DNA of 40,255 nucleotides from a virus (Duplodnaviria; Heunggongvirae; Uroviricota; Caudoviricetes): IMG/VR virus record IMGVR_UViG_2874951433_000007, positions 1 to 40,255 of that record; one strand, 5' to 3'. Shown piece by piece: positions 20,924 to 29,494 of this stretch (position 1 is its first letter; each line of letters starts with the position of its first letter). The notes under the pieces were generated by a model. It saw only the letters and a program-made list of their open reading frames with translations, ran no database searches and was not told where the DNA came from. The position numbers and the translations under genes were made by a program.

Positions 20924-21097
20924 AAATCTTGGTATTTGTAATGAACTGGCTCTTATCTCAACGCAGCCCCTTACCGCGCGCAAGATGCTCAATATCAAGC
21001 ATCAGCAATGAGATGTTTAATCTGGATTCACTCCAGAAGTGATCATCACCCTGTCTACAGAGCCAGATGTGAAGGATGATGAGTAAAATTATCGCTA

Positions 21098-21556
21098 TCA
21101 TCGAAGGCATTGCGTCCTGATGTACTCCTGCAGGTAGTTAACCTGCTCGGTTATCCTGTCGATTCCACTTCGGAGACGGTAATAATTGAGTTCAGCATCT
21201 GCTGTAAGTCTTGGGCTTTCTCCATCGCCCATGCTGCTGGCTCCGGTCGTTGACTTTGCACAGGTGGCGGCGACTTGCAGGCGCTTACGCCCAGCAGAAA
21301 CATCAGCACGGAGACTTTCGATAGTTGCGTTAGCATCAGCAAGCTCCTTTGTGTATCTGGCGTCAAGTTCTGCAACATCACGCTGACGCTGCTGCATGTC
21401 AGCGATGGTGGCGGTCGCCTGCTTCAGCTCACTGACTTTTTTATCGCGCTGCTCTTTGTAGGTCATGGCGTTATCACGGTAATGATTAACCGCCCACGAC
21501 AGACAGACGACGATGCAGATAATCAGAGCGGAGATAATCGCGGTTACTCTGCTCAT
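21098..21556 (-). CDS. Rz: Rz i-spanin
   Basis: 152 aa; [30 protein letters not shown] matches recalled lambda Rz N-terminus. Confidence 0.85.
   Translation of the reverse strand: MSRVTAIISALIICIVVCLSWAVNHYRDNAMTYKEQRDKKVSELKQATATIADMQQRQRDVAELDARYTKELADANATIESLRADVSAGRKRLQVAATCAKSTTGASSMGDGESPRLTADAELNYYRLRSGIDRITEQVNYLQEYIRTQCLR
21151..21336 (-). CDS. Rz1: Rz1 o-spanin lipoprotein embedded in Rz (+1 frame)
   Basis: Embedded ORF with lipobox-like LLGVSAC followed by Pro-rich segment; start codon uncertain (21336 or 21303). Confidence 0.5.
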   Translation of the reverse strand: MLTQLSKVSVLMFLLGVSACKSPPPVQSQRPEPAAWAMEKAQDLQQMLNSIITVSEVESTG

Positions 21557-22029
21557 ACCTCAATCTCTCTGACCGTTCCGCCAGCCTCTTTGAATTTTGC
21601 AATCAGGCTGTCAGCCTTATGCTCGAACTGACCATAACCAGCGCCCGGCAGTGAAGCCCAGATATTGCTGCAACGGTCAATTGCCTGACGAATATCACCA
21701 CGATCAATCATCGGCAAAGCGCCACGCTCCTTAATCTGCTGCAATGCCACAGCGTCCTGGCTTTTCGGAGAGAAGTCTTTCAGGCCAAGCTGCTTACGAT
21801 AGGCATCCCACCAACGGGAAAGAAGCTGGTAACGTCCGGCGGCTGTTGATTTGAGTTTTGGGTTTAGCGTGACAAGTTTGCGAGGGTGATCGGAGTAATC
21901 AGTGAATAGCTCTCCGCCAACAATGACGTCATAACCATGATTTCTGGTTTTCTGACGTCCGTTATCAGTTCCCTCTGACCACGCCAGCATATCGAGGAAC
22001 GCCTTACGTTGATTATTGATTTCCACCAT
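21553..22029 (-). CDS. R: Endolysin R (lytic transglycosylase)
   Basis: 158 aa, matches recalled lambda R ([39 protein letters not shown]...). Confidence 0.9.
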   Translation of the reverse strand: MVEINNQRKAFLDMLAWSEGTDNGRQKTRNHGYDVIVGGELFTDYSDHPRKLVTLNPKLKSTAAGRYQLLSRWWDAYRKQLGLKDFSPKSQDAVALQQIKERGALPMIDRGDIRQAIDRCSNIWASLPGAGYGQFEHKADSLIAKFKEAGGTVREIEV

Positions 22030-22336
22030 CTTCTACTCCGGCTTTTTTAGCAGCGAAGCGTTTGATAAGCGAACCAATCGAGTCAGTACCGATGTAGCCG
22101 ATGAACACGCTCGTTATATAAGCGAGATTGCTACTTAGTCCGGCGAAGTCGAGAAGGTCACGAATGAACTAGGCGATAATGGCGCACATCGTTGCGTCGA
22201 TTACTGTTTTTGTAAACGCACCGCCATTATATCTGCCGCGAAGGTACGCCATTGCAAACGCAAGGATTGCCCCGATGCCTTGTTCCTTTGCCGCGAGAAT
22301 GGCGGCTAACAGGTCATGTTTTTCTGGCATCTTCAT
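22013..22336 (-). pseudogene. S: Holin S (lambda S107/S105 dual-start) with in-frame amber codon at codon 56
   Basis: Translation [112 protein letters not shown] at 22169..22171 where lambda has Trp. Confidence 0.85.
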
Positions 22337-22626
22337 GTCTTACCCCCAATAAGGGGATTTGCTCTATTTAATTAGGAATAAGGTCGATTACTGATAGAAC
22401 AAATCCAGGCTACTGTGTTTAGTAATCAGATTTGTTCGTGACCGATATGCACGGGCAAAACGGCAGGAGGTTGTTAGGGCAACCTCATGCCACCCGCTTT
22501 CACGAAGCCAGCCATTGCGCTGGTTTTCTTTTATGCAAAGCACACCGCACCGTAGCCACAGCGGATAAGGTGATTATTTTTGTCTGTCTGGTATTTGGTT
22601 TGATGTGCTTTCAGAAAGGCCGTGCT

Positions 22627-22662
22627 TAAAACGCAAAAAGCCCCGAGATATTAACTCAGGGC
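22627..22662 (-). terminator. tR'-like terminator downstream of PR'
   Basis: Minus strand GCCCUGAG-UUAAUAU-CUCGGGGC followed by UUUUUGCGUUUU, about 60 nt downstream of predicted PR' start. Confidence 0.55.
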
Positions 22663-22699
22663 TTTATTTAACGAGTGCATTTATCCATCGTTGATGTCA

Positions 22700-22728
22700 A
22701 ATTTACCCAACTTTATTCAAAAAGTCAA
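22700..22728 (-). promoter_or_regulatory. Late promoter PR' (with overlapping qut region)
   Basis: Minus strand TTGACT-17bp-TAAATT; sequence TTGACTTTTTGAATAAAGTTGGGTAAATTTGACATCAACGATGG nearly identical to recalled lambda PR'. Confidence 0.7.
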
Positions 22729-22770
22729 TATCATGCCGTTAATATGTTGCCATCCGTGGCAATCATGCTG

Positions 22771-23394
22771 CTAACGTGTGACCGCATTCAAAATGTTGTC
22801 TGCGATTGACTCTTCTTTGTGGCATTGCACCACCAGAGCGTCATACAGCGGCTTAACAGTGCGTGACCAGGTGGGTTGGGTAAGGTTTGGGATTAGCATC
22901 GTTACAGCGCGATATGCGGCGCTTGCTGGCATCCTGGAATAGCCGACGCCTTTGCATCTTCCGCACTCTTTCTCAACAACTCTCCCCCACTGCTCTGTTT
23001 TTGCTATATCAACCGCACGGCCTGTACCGTGACAATCTCTGCATCTTGCGCCCGGCGTCGCGGCACTACGGCAATAATCCGCATAAGCGAATGTTGCAAG
23101 CACTTGCAGTACCTTTGCCTTAGTATTTCCTTCAAGCTTTGCCACACCACGGTATTTCCCCGATACCTTGTGTGCAAATTGCATCAGATAGTTGATAGCC
23201 TTTTGTTTGTCGTTCTGGCTGAGTTCGTGCTTACCACAGAATGCAGCCATTCCGAATCCGGCTTGTGATTGCGCCATCCCCATAGCAGCCATCACATCAG
23301 TACCGGAAAGAGAGTCAGAAGCCGTAGCCCGTGGTGAGTCGCTCATCATCGGGCTTTTTGGCGAATGAAATTTAGCTACGCTTTCGAGTCTCAT
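22771..23394 (-). CDS. Q: Late antiterminator Q
   Basis: 207 aa, matches recalled lambda Q along its length (MRLESVAKFHSPKSPMMSDSPRATASDSL...). Confidence 0.9.
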   Translation of the reverse strand: MRLESVAKFHSPKSPMMSDSPRATASDSLSGTDVMAAMGMAQSQAGFGMAAFCGKHELSQNDKQKAINYLMQFAHKVSGKYRGVAKLEGNTKAKVLQVLATFAYADYCRSAATPGARCRDCHGTGRAVDIAKTEQWGRVVEKECGRCKGVGYSRMPASAAYRAVTMLIPNLTQPTWSRTVKPLYDALVVQCHKEESIADNILNAVTR

Positions 23395-23579
23395 GGTCTT
23401 CCCCTCTTGCCCTGTTTGACCATCAGGACGCCGTTAACTATTGCGTGACGCTCGCCTTTGCTGTCTCGGTTGTACTTGAGCACTGTTCCTCTTGCGCAGG
23501 AAAGCATCCTCGCCACTTCGGTCTGATTGCCTCGTGTCTGGATAAGAAGCTCTGGTATCGTTTGAATTGTGGCGTTCAT
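23391..23579 (-). CDS. ninH: NinH-like small DNA-binding protein
   Basis: 62 aa; ...GNQTEVARMLSCARGTVLKYNRDSKGERHAIVNGVLMV similar to recalled lambda NinH. Confidence 0.7.
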   Translation of the reverse strand: MNATIQTIPELLIQTRGNQTEVARMLSCARGTVLKYNRDSKGERHAIVNGVLMVKQGKRGRP

Positions 23580-23938
23580 GCGTTCTCCAGTTCGGTGATT
23601 TTTATTCCAAGCCGTCCGCCTGGTACTTTCACACCACGAATTACGCGAATGTCATCGAATTGCTCGTCGTCTTCCGCAAATCCGGCGTGGATAAGGGAGT
23701 CGAGTAAACCTTTCAGGATGTTGTCGAGGTCGCGGCGGCGGGAGTCTGGAACGTCTGCGATGACTTTGATGCGGAGTCGTGATTTGGTGAAAATGTCTAA
23801 CTTAAGTTGGCGGATGATTTGCTGAACGTCTTCCCGGTATTTCTGGCCTTTATCGCTGATGTAGTATTGGCTTCCCCGTCTTCGCCAGTAGGTGTTCACC
23901 GACGGCGGGTATGGAAGCACAAACTGATATTCGTTCAT
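23576..23938 (-). CDS. rusA: RusA Holliday junction resolvase
   Basis: 120 aa with RusA signature PDSRRRDLDNILKGLLDSLIHAGF; ATGA-type overlaps with neighbours. Confidence 0.85.
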   Translation of the reverse strand: MNEYQFVLPYPPSVNTYWRRRGSQYYISDKGQKYREDVQQIIRQLKLDIFTKSRLRIKVIADVPDSRRRDLDNILKGLLDSLIHAGFAEDDEQFDDIRVIRGVKVPGGRLGIKITELENA

Positions 23939-24225
23939 GGCTTAATCTTCCCCTCCTTCAGCAGTATCGCCTGCGTTCTGATCACGCCTTCGAGGTGGTA
24001 AAGTCTGGCGTCTTTGTTGTCGAGATTATGGGTGCGTCGGTCGATTTCATCGTGACACGCACTACAAGCCCATGCACCGATCAGGTCGTCAGGCTTCATT
24101 CCCGTTCCGCAAATTCCAGCCATCCGGTAATGTGCCAGAACTGTAGTTTCAGGATTGCCATTGCATACGCCGTAAATACGTACCTGGCATTCTCTGCCGC
24201 GTGCTTCTTTGCGTAGGTTAGCCAT
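23935..24225 (-). CDS. YbcO-like (DUF1364) Cys-rich putative nuclease
   Basis: 96 aa, multiple Cys/His, position immediately upstream of rusA as in DLP12-type nin regions. Confidence 0.6.
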   Translation of the reverse strand: MANLRKEARGRECQVRIYGVCNGNPETTVLAHYRMAGICGTGMKPDDLIGAWACSACHDEIDRRTHNLDNKDARLYHLEGVIRTQAILLKEGKIKP

Positions 24226-24947
24226 TAAGCAGCCTCCCCTGTTACTTTCAGCATTCCGTTATCGAGCAACTTTCTGGTCAGCCACTGTTGACCACGCCCG
24301 GTGATTTTTGTGGTGAACGATATCTGTATTCCGTGATTTGTGTTGACCGCTGTTTCTTTCACTGTGAAATAGCCGCGATCCATATATTCCTGCATTGGCA
24401 CATTGCGCCGGGAACCTGAAGCAATAAGGATTTTGTGATCGCGCATCCACGCAAACAGTTTGTTTGGACCAATTCCAACAACCTTTGCAAAGTTTCCAAT
24501 CAAAATTCCGCTGGCCTCGCCAACGCGATCGGCAAACTCAACTTTAGGTGCGGCAATTGCGAGCTGGTTTTCCAGTTGCATTTTCTGCTCAGCAAGATCA
24601 GCAGCAAGGCGCAACGCTTCCGGTAGCGTTTTGGGGATATTAACCGCAGCTTCTTCAAGCTCTCGCCAGCGGTCAACAAGGCGAGCGGTGAACTCTGGCG
24701 ACAATTGGGCGACGACAATAATGCTGTCTCGCTTACCTTGTTCGCCCTCGAAGACGTAATGCTCGTACTGAACATTGAACCCTAAGTTATTGATTCTTTC
24801 GGAAACCTCAATTTGAGGAAGCCGGATAACACCATTTTTAGCCAGCGTTTCGATGGTACGTTTCACATTGTCATGACGCTTACCAACCAACTCAGCGATT
24901 TCAATGCTTGTCATTTTTATGGCATTGCCATTTATTAACTCATTCAT
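24225..24947 (-). CDS. Rha/AntA-family regulatory protein (antirepressor-like)
   Basis: 240 aa; N-terminal pRha-like segment (IEIAELVGKRHDNVKRTIETL) and C-terminal AntA/KilAC-like region. Confidence 0.65.
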   Translation of the reverse strand: MNELINGNAIKMTSIEIAELVGKRHDNVKRTIETLAKNGVIRLPQIEVSERINNLGFNVQYEHYVFEGEQGKRDSIIVVAQLSPEFTARLVDRWRELEEAAVNIPKTLPEALRLAADLAEQKMQLENQLAIAAPKVEFADRVGEASGILIGNFAKVVGIGPNKLFAWMRDHKILIASGSRRNVPMQEYMDRGYFTVKETAVNTNHGIQISFTTKITGRGQQWLTRKLLDNGMLKVTGEAA

Positions 24948-25116
24948 CGTCTTCTTCCTCGTACATTGAGCTATTCGGATCGCTCATCAGTTCTGCGCAG
25001 CAATCGGAGCACACGTGAACTTCAAGCACATGCAGCTTCTGACCGCAGTTAGCGCACGTTAAAGCTCGCTCGACGCTTTCTTTCTGGTATTGAATGGATT
25101 GGGATGGGCTAAGCAT
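24940..25116 (-). CDS. ninF: NinF-like zinc-ribbon protein
   Basis: 58 aa [58 protein letters not shown], matches recalled lambda NinF; below ORF-track cutoff. Confidence 0.7.
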   Translation of the reverse strand: MLSPSQSIQYQKESVERALTCANCGQKLHVLEVHVCSDCCAELMSDPNSSMYEEEDDE

Positions 25117-25481
25117 TATTGGATTCTCTGCATCATGAGAAAGACAATCATGGCGGCGCGGAGGGGATTTTCATGTATAGCTCGCTTAGATTTACAGTAG
25201 GCCACACCGCGTGCACCCCACTCGTCTTCATCGAGATTGATAATGCTAATCCTGTATTTTTCAATAATCGGCCATGCGTCTGCTGGGTTTGCGCATGGGT
25301 TAAAGGATCCGCGCTCAACTTCTACTTCAACTGCGTCTCCGTTTACAATGTCTCCCTCAAATGAGATAAACACCATCGCGCCATTCTCACCTTCTTTGTA
25401 ATCCGGTGATCCGTTATGAATGGCTTCGAATACCGCCACGTTAATTTCAAAATCACTTAACTGTGAATAATCCATTGTCAT
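25116..25481 (-). CDS. Hypothetical nin-region protein
   Basis: Start set at ATG 25481 (MTMDYSQ..., RBS gaggaa, ATGA overlap with ninE stop); 121 aa. Confidence 0.55.
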
Positions 25482-25654
25482 TTCCTCGCACGATGTCTTA
25501 GCCACCGGATATCCCACAGGTGAGCCGTGTAGTTGAAGGTTTTTACGTCAGATTCTTTTGGGATTGGCTTGCGTTTATTTCTGGAGCGTTTCGTTGGAAG
25601 GTATTTGCAGTTTTCGCAGATTATGTCGGTGATACTTCGTCGCTGTCTCGCCAC
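25478..25654 (-). CDS. ninE: NinE-like protein
   Basis: 58 aa, GTG start with AAAGGAGGA RBS; ...[48 protein letters not shown] matches recalled lambda NinE; missing from ORF track. Confidence 0.6.
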
Positions 25655-25794
25655 ACGTCCTCCTTTTCCTGCGGTAGTGGTAACCCCCCTGTTGGTGTTC
25701 TTTCACACCGGAGACACCATCGATTCCAGTAAGGTTGATTTGGTCGGAAGCGGTTATCTTCTTTGCATTCACCGCACCGATAACATCGCATCAT
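25621..25794 (-). CDS. ninD: NinD-like zinc-ribbon protein
   Basis: Start at ATG 25794 (ATGA overlap with ninB stop); [31 protein letters not shown]... Cys-rich. Confidence 0.55.
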
Positions 25795-26231
25795 GCTGCC
25801 CGGTCTCCCCATCTCGCTTTCCACTCCAGAGCCAGTCGCGCTTCGTCTGACCACTTAACGCCACGCTCTGTACCGAATGCCTGTATAAGCTCTAATAGCT
25901 CCGCAAATTCGCTTACACGCATCCTGCTGGTTGACTGGCCTATTACCACAAAGCCATTCCCGGCAAGGTTAGGAACAACGTCCTGCTGCTTTAATGCTGC
26001 TGTAAAAACGCACTTCCAGCTTTCTGCATCCAGCCAGCGACCATGCCATTCAACCTGACGAGAAACGTCACCAAGGCAAGCCCAAAGCTTTCGATTCTGG
26101 TCTAAGCTGCGGTTGCGCTCCTGAATGGTTACTACGATTGGTTTGGTTGGGTCTGGAAGGATTTGCTGTACTGCGTGAATAGCGTTTTGCTGATGTGCTG
26201 GAGATCGAATTTCAAAGGTTAGTTTTTTCAT
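25791..26231 (-). CDS. ninB: NinB (Orf) recombination mediator
   Basis: [56 protein letters not shown]... matches recalled lambda NinB; start at ATG 26231. Confidence 0.9.
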   Translation of the reverse strand: MKKLTFEIRSPAHQQNAIHAVQQILPDPTKPIVVTIQERNRSLDQNRKLWACLGDVSRQVEWHGRWLDAESWKCVFTAALKQQDVVPNLAGNGFVVIGQSTSRMRVSEFAELLELIQAFGTERGVKWSDEARLALEWKARWGDRAA

Positions 26232-26245
26232 GACTTCCCTCTCCC

Positions 26246-26279
26246 CCAAATAAAAAGGCCTGCGATTACCAGCAGGCCT
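26246..26279 (-). terminator. tR2-like terminator between helicase gene and nin region
   Basis: Minus strand AGGCCUGC-loop-GCAGGCCU followed by UUUUUAUUUG. Confidence 0.5.
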
Positions 26280-26307
26280 GTTATTAGCTCAGTGATGTAG
26301 ATGGTCA

Positions 26308-27744
26308 TCAGAATCCTCCTTTCTTCTTGGACTGCGGTTCCTCGCGTTCACGGCGGCGAATTTCAGCAGACTGTTGGTCTGTGTCATAAATAGCGCCATT
26401 TGCCTGAATGCAATACACCGTACCGGTATTGCCATGACGATTGAGACGAAGGATTAGTTCGGTTTCACCAGGTGGAACACTGTCATCAAAAGCGCCTTCA
26501 CGATGGATCCCAACCCAATAATCGCAATCCTGTTCAATCTGCCCTGTATCTCGTGAGTCACTTGGTAATGGGCGTTTATTGGTTCGGCTTTCCAGTGCGC
26601 GGTTAAGCTGCGTCAGAAGCACAACAACGCAATCAAGCTCTTTGGCAAGGTTCTTCAGTCCTTTGGTGATCATGCCGTAAGCAAGGTCGTTGCGATCGGC
26701 CTTCTCAGCGGTCATTAGTGTCAGGTAATCGACCAGAATCATGCCAACACATCCTTTTTCTCGCTTGATTCGACGGCTTTCGCTGACGATTTGAGCCAGA
26801 GATAATCCCGGCGTGTCGTCGATGTAAAGCAGGTCGATTTCACTCAAGCGATTTGCTGTTTCGATCGCCCTGTTGAAGTCACCATCGTAATCACCCTGAT
26901 AGCCGTCATCAGCGTCATTTGTCGCCGGAAGGTAAAAAATATTCGGGTTAACACCTGACTTCTGTCCTACCAGTTTTTCCAGTATCTGGTCACCGGGCAT
27001 TTCAAGGCTGAACATCAGAGCGGGCTTTTTCTCATGCACTGCGCAGTTGATTGCCATCTGGCTGTATAGCGTCGTTTTCCCCATCTTAGGGCGAGCGCCA
27101 ATGACAAACAGAGAGCCTTTCACCAGACCTTTCGGTGACAGCATCCTGTCCAGCGATGGGATCCCTGTGCTCATTCCTCGTTGTTCACCTGACGGGTCAA
27201 ATCGCTTCTCAAGGTCGCTAACCCAGTCTTCCATGACCTCACCAAATGAGCGAAGGCCGCGACGCGATCCGGTTTTTGCATGGTCTGTCAGTTGCGTGAA
27301 AATCGCCTGAATAGCTTCGTACTTCTGCGTTGCAGTCATTCCGTTGCGGGAATAGAGCAATTCCGTCGCTTCAGTCATGCGGTTGATGGCGTAGCGTTCC
27401 ATTGCGGTTTCACGAACCTGCATTGCATAGGCAACGATGTTTGCTGCGCTTGGCGTGTTCTTTGCGATCTCAGCGATATAAGCAAAACCGCCAACAGACG
27501 CCGTTAACGATTTGCGCTCCAGTTCATCGAAAAGCGTCAGCCCATCTACTGGCTTTTGCTCCCGGTGCATTCTGGTTATTTCTTCGAAAAGGATTTTGTG
27601 TGGTCGGCTGTAAAATGAATCAGGCTTCAGCATCGCCAGAACTTTCCGGACGCGCTCACTGCTGTCATCATCCAGAAGCAATCCACCAATAACCGCCTGC
27701 TCTGCCTCGATGCTATGGGGCGGCGCATAAAAATTATCGGTCAT
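26308..27744 (-). CDS. Replicative DNA helicase (DnaB family; P22 gp12-type)
   Basis: Walker A GARPKMGKTT, DnaB N-terminal domain (HSIEAEQAVIGGLLLD); start likely ATG 27744 (MTDNFY...). Confidence 0.85.
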   Translation of the reverse strand: MTDNFYAPPHSIEAEQAVIGGLLLDDDSSERVRKVLAMLKPDSFYSRPHKILFEEITRMHREQKPVDGLTLFDELERKSLTASVGGFAYIAEIAKNTPSAANIVAYAMQVRETAMERYAINRMTEATELLYSRNGMTATQKYEAIQAIFTQLTDHAKTGSRRGLRSFGEVMEDWVSDLEKRFDPSGEQRGMSTGIPSLDRMLSPKGLVKGSLFVIGARPKMGKTTLYSQMAINCAVHEKKPALMFSLEMPGDQILEKLVGQKSGVNPNIFYLPATNDADDGYQGDYDGDFNRAIETANRLSEIDLLYIDDTPGLSLAQIVSESRRIKREKGCVGMILVDYLTLMTAEKADRNDLAYGMITKGLKNLAKELDCVVVLLTQLNRALESRTNKRPLPSDSRDTGQIEQDCDYWVGIHREGAFDDSVPPGETELILRLNRHGNTGTVYCIQANGAIYDTDQQSAEIRRREREEPQSKKKGGF

Positions 27745-28624
27745 CGTGTTCACCCTCACGAACTTTCAGGTAGGTATTGTCGTTAAGCAGGAAATCAAAT
27801 CCCTTTTTGTGCCAGACGGTTCCGCGTTGATGGTTTGGGCGTTCTTCGAACATCCATCGGCAATTTTCGCCTACGTAGCTCAAATAATTTCTCCAGTCCT
27901 GCATCGTGAACCCATGCCCGTCAAGCTGGCGGGTTATCACTCCGGCTTTGCGCCAGAACGTTCGGATCTGGTTTTTACGCTTGTCATTCAGTGCGCGGAT
28001 TCTTGGCGCTTCAGGAAGGATTTCGTGGTAAGCATCGACAACATCCTGACAGCTGACGGAAGGTTTTTTCTTGTCAGACTTTTTGTCTGCTGTGGCACTC
28101 TCTAATACGTCAGTATTAGAGATATTATTTATATTATTGTTTATGGACAACCGTTGGACAACCGTTGGACAATCTCCGCTGAGAGCCGCATCATTACTGG
28201 TGTTTGCGTTGGACAACTGTTGGACAACCGTTGGACAATTTTTTGCCTGAAAATCGTCATATTTAACGATTGTAAACAGGCTAAATTTCTTCCCCATCGA
28301 GCAAATATTAAGCATACCTTTCGACTCAAAAGTCCGTAATAAGCTCCGAACTTTGTTGTCGGGGATGAATGTTTCTCTGACCAGCGACGGGCGTCCAGTT
28401 ATCATCTGACCGCGATCAACAGTTATCGGACCGATATCCGTATTGACGACAGTAGATTCGTGATTAGCCTTGAGGATTAAGTGAAGCCAAAGATGTACTG
28501 CCTGAGAGTCCTTATAGAGCCTGCTGTCCATAAACTGGCGGTGTATAGAGACATACCCCATACTGGATGCCTCCTGATGTTGTACAGGGTTATGCCTGTA
28601 ATCAGCTAACTTAACGACGCCCAT
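27734..28624 (-). CDS. Replication initiator (O-like) with embedded origin iterons
   Basis: ORF contains iteron array 28144..28242 encoding repeated CPTVVQ(Q/R)LS; alternative start ATG 28561 with AGGAGG RBS. Confidence 0.7.
   Translation of the reverse strand: MGVVKLADYRHNPVQHQEASSMGYVSIHRQFMDSRLYKDSQAVHLWLHLILKANHESTVVNTDIGPITVDRGQMITGRPSLVRETFIPDNKVRSLLRTFESKGMLNICSMGKKFSLFTIVKYDDFQAKNCPTVVQQLSNANTSNDAALSGDCPTVVQRLSINNNINNISNTDVLESATADKKSDKKKPSVSCQDVVDAYHEILPEAPRIRALNDKRKNQIRTFWRKAGVITRQLDGHGFTMQDWRNYLSYVGENCRWMFEERPNHQRGTVWHKKGFDFLLNDNTYLKVREGEHDDR
28144..28242. repeat. Origin iterons: six TGGACAA(C)(C/T)GT units in two triplets, flanked by an AT-rich tract
   Basis: tggacaaccgt x2 + tggacaatctc (28144..28176); tggacaactgt, tggacaaccgt, tggacaatttt (28210..28242); AT-rich 28121..28143. 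Confidence 0.8.
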
Positions 28625-28772
28625 GCTTCACTCCTGCTTTGGCTAGTCTGTAAACACCAACAAGGCGCTCTGCGAACGCCCTGTTATTTGCTGCGGCTAC
28701 CACTAATCCCTCAGGTGAATCAGGGTGTCGAATCTCTTCTTTTTCCTGGTATTTCTTACGACGTTTTGTCAT
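28611..28772 (-). CDS. Hypothetical small basic protein between cII and O-like gene
   Basis: Start at ATG 28772 with AGGAG RBS; MTKRRKKYQEKEEIRHPDSPEGLVVAAANNRAFAERLVGVYRLAKAGVKHGRR. Confidence 0.4.
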   Translation of the reverse strand: MTKRRKKYQEKEEIRHPDSPEGLVVAAANNRAFAERLVGVYRLAKAGVKHGRR

Positions 28773-28806
28773 AATTACTCCTGTGGATTGATCCAGTCTT
28801 TCTACA

Positions 28807-29085
28807 TCAGGCCTCAAAACTGTTGCCGCAGTCTTGAGGCTTTTCTTTTGTCAGCACCATGGCTACTTTCTTTGCCAGTTCCGCCAATTCCTCGTCTTCA
28901 ACACCCCACTCCAGCACAGCCAGAAGCATGGCCATCTTTGGGATAAAACTGTCTTTCCATCGCGAAATTTGCGATTCATTAATCCCTAACGCGTCGGCAA
29001 CCTTTCGCTGACCACGTACAGCAATTCGATTTAGGATGTTGCTTGTAATTGCATTCGCTTTCTTGCGAGTACTTGTAAGTTGCAT
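28807..29085 (-). CDS. cII: CII transcriptional activator
   Basis: GINESQISRWKDSFIPKMAMLLAVLEWGVEDEE matches recalled lambda CII core; start at ATG 29085 (AGGA RBS). Confidence 0.85.
   Translation of the reverse strand: MQLTSTRKKANAITSNILNRIAVRGQRKVADALGINESQISRWKDSFIPKMAMLLAVLEWGVEDEELAELAKKVAMVLTKEKPQDCGNSFEA
28811..28849 (+). terminator. Terminator of an OOP-like antisense RNA overlapping the cII 3' end
   Basis: Plus-strand hairpin gcctcaa(28811..28817)/ttgaggc(28834..28840) followed by ttttctttt; antisense to cII coding end, as lambda oop. Confidence 0.5.
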
Positions 29086-29143
29086 ATGTAAGTATTTCCT
29101 TAACAAATAAGAAGTTATGCGCATCAACTTATGCGCGTTGTAT

Positions 29144-29186
29144 TCCCGCATTTCGGCGGGAATGAGGACCATGACTGTTAAAGAGC
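29144..29186 (-). promoter_or_regulatory. nutR (boxA + boxB)
   Basis: Minus strand GCTCTTTAACA (boxA, rrn-like) then UCCCGC-CGAAAU-GCGGGA hairpin (boxB); identical elements at nutL. Confidence 0.65.
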
Positions 29187-29193
29187 GGTGTTA

Positions 29194-29388
29194 CTATTTG
29201 TTTTTCTTGTTGCTTGGGAAAGGACGAACTTCCTCTCCAATCACACTGCCATCAGGCTTTACCGTAACCATGATGTTACGGCCTGCCAGAATGGCCTTGC
29301 TGATAGCGCACTGGATTACACCAAAGTCACTGGCTGCTTTAGCCTGTCCATGGATTTTGGCGTAATCGGCAAGTGTCATTCGAATCAT
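29194..29388 (-). CDS. cro: Cro repressor
   Basis: [62 protein letters not shown] matches recalled lambda Cro; start ATG 29388 with GGAGAG RBS. Confidence 0.85.
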   Translation of the reverse strand: MIRMTLADYAKIHGQAKAASDFGVIQCAISKAILAGRNIMVTVKPDGSVIGEEVRPFPSNKKNK

Positions 29389-29417
29389 ATGCACTCTCCG
29401 TTATTAACCATGAACAA

Positions 29418-29458
29418 AGAATACTACAGGTATTCAAAGCAATCAATACTCAGGGTAT
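29418..29458. promoter_or_regulatory. OR operators (ATACnnnnnGGTAT) overlapping PR (-35 TTGATT 29441..29446, -10 TATTCT 29418..29423, minus strand)
   Basis: atactacaggtat (29421..29433) and atactcagggtat (29446..29458); mirror-image pair at OL; promoter hexamers with 17-bp spacer. Confidence 0.55.
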
Positions 29459-29494
29459 TTTTAGTTTAAGTACCTTAGCTATTAGAATTAAGCT

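Noticed and set aside
22337..22626. 65-aa plus-strand ORF (22432..22629) between PR' terminator and S
   Set aside because: Lies in the lambda-like S leader region on the wrong strand; no RBS
28141..28339. Small ORFs on both strands and possible CRISPR-like repeats
   Set aside because: The repeats are 11-bp iterons in two triplets inside the initiator gene; there are no spacer-repeat units of CRISPR size and no cas genes
29117..29469. Plus-strand ORFs of 82 and 93 aa
   Set aside because: They span the nutR site and cro on the opposite strand and the OR operator region; no support
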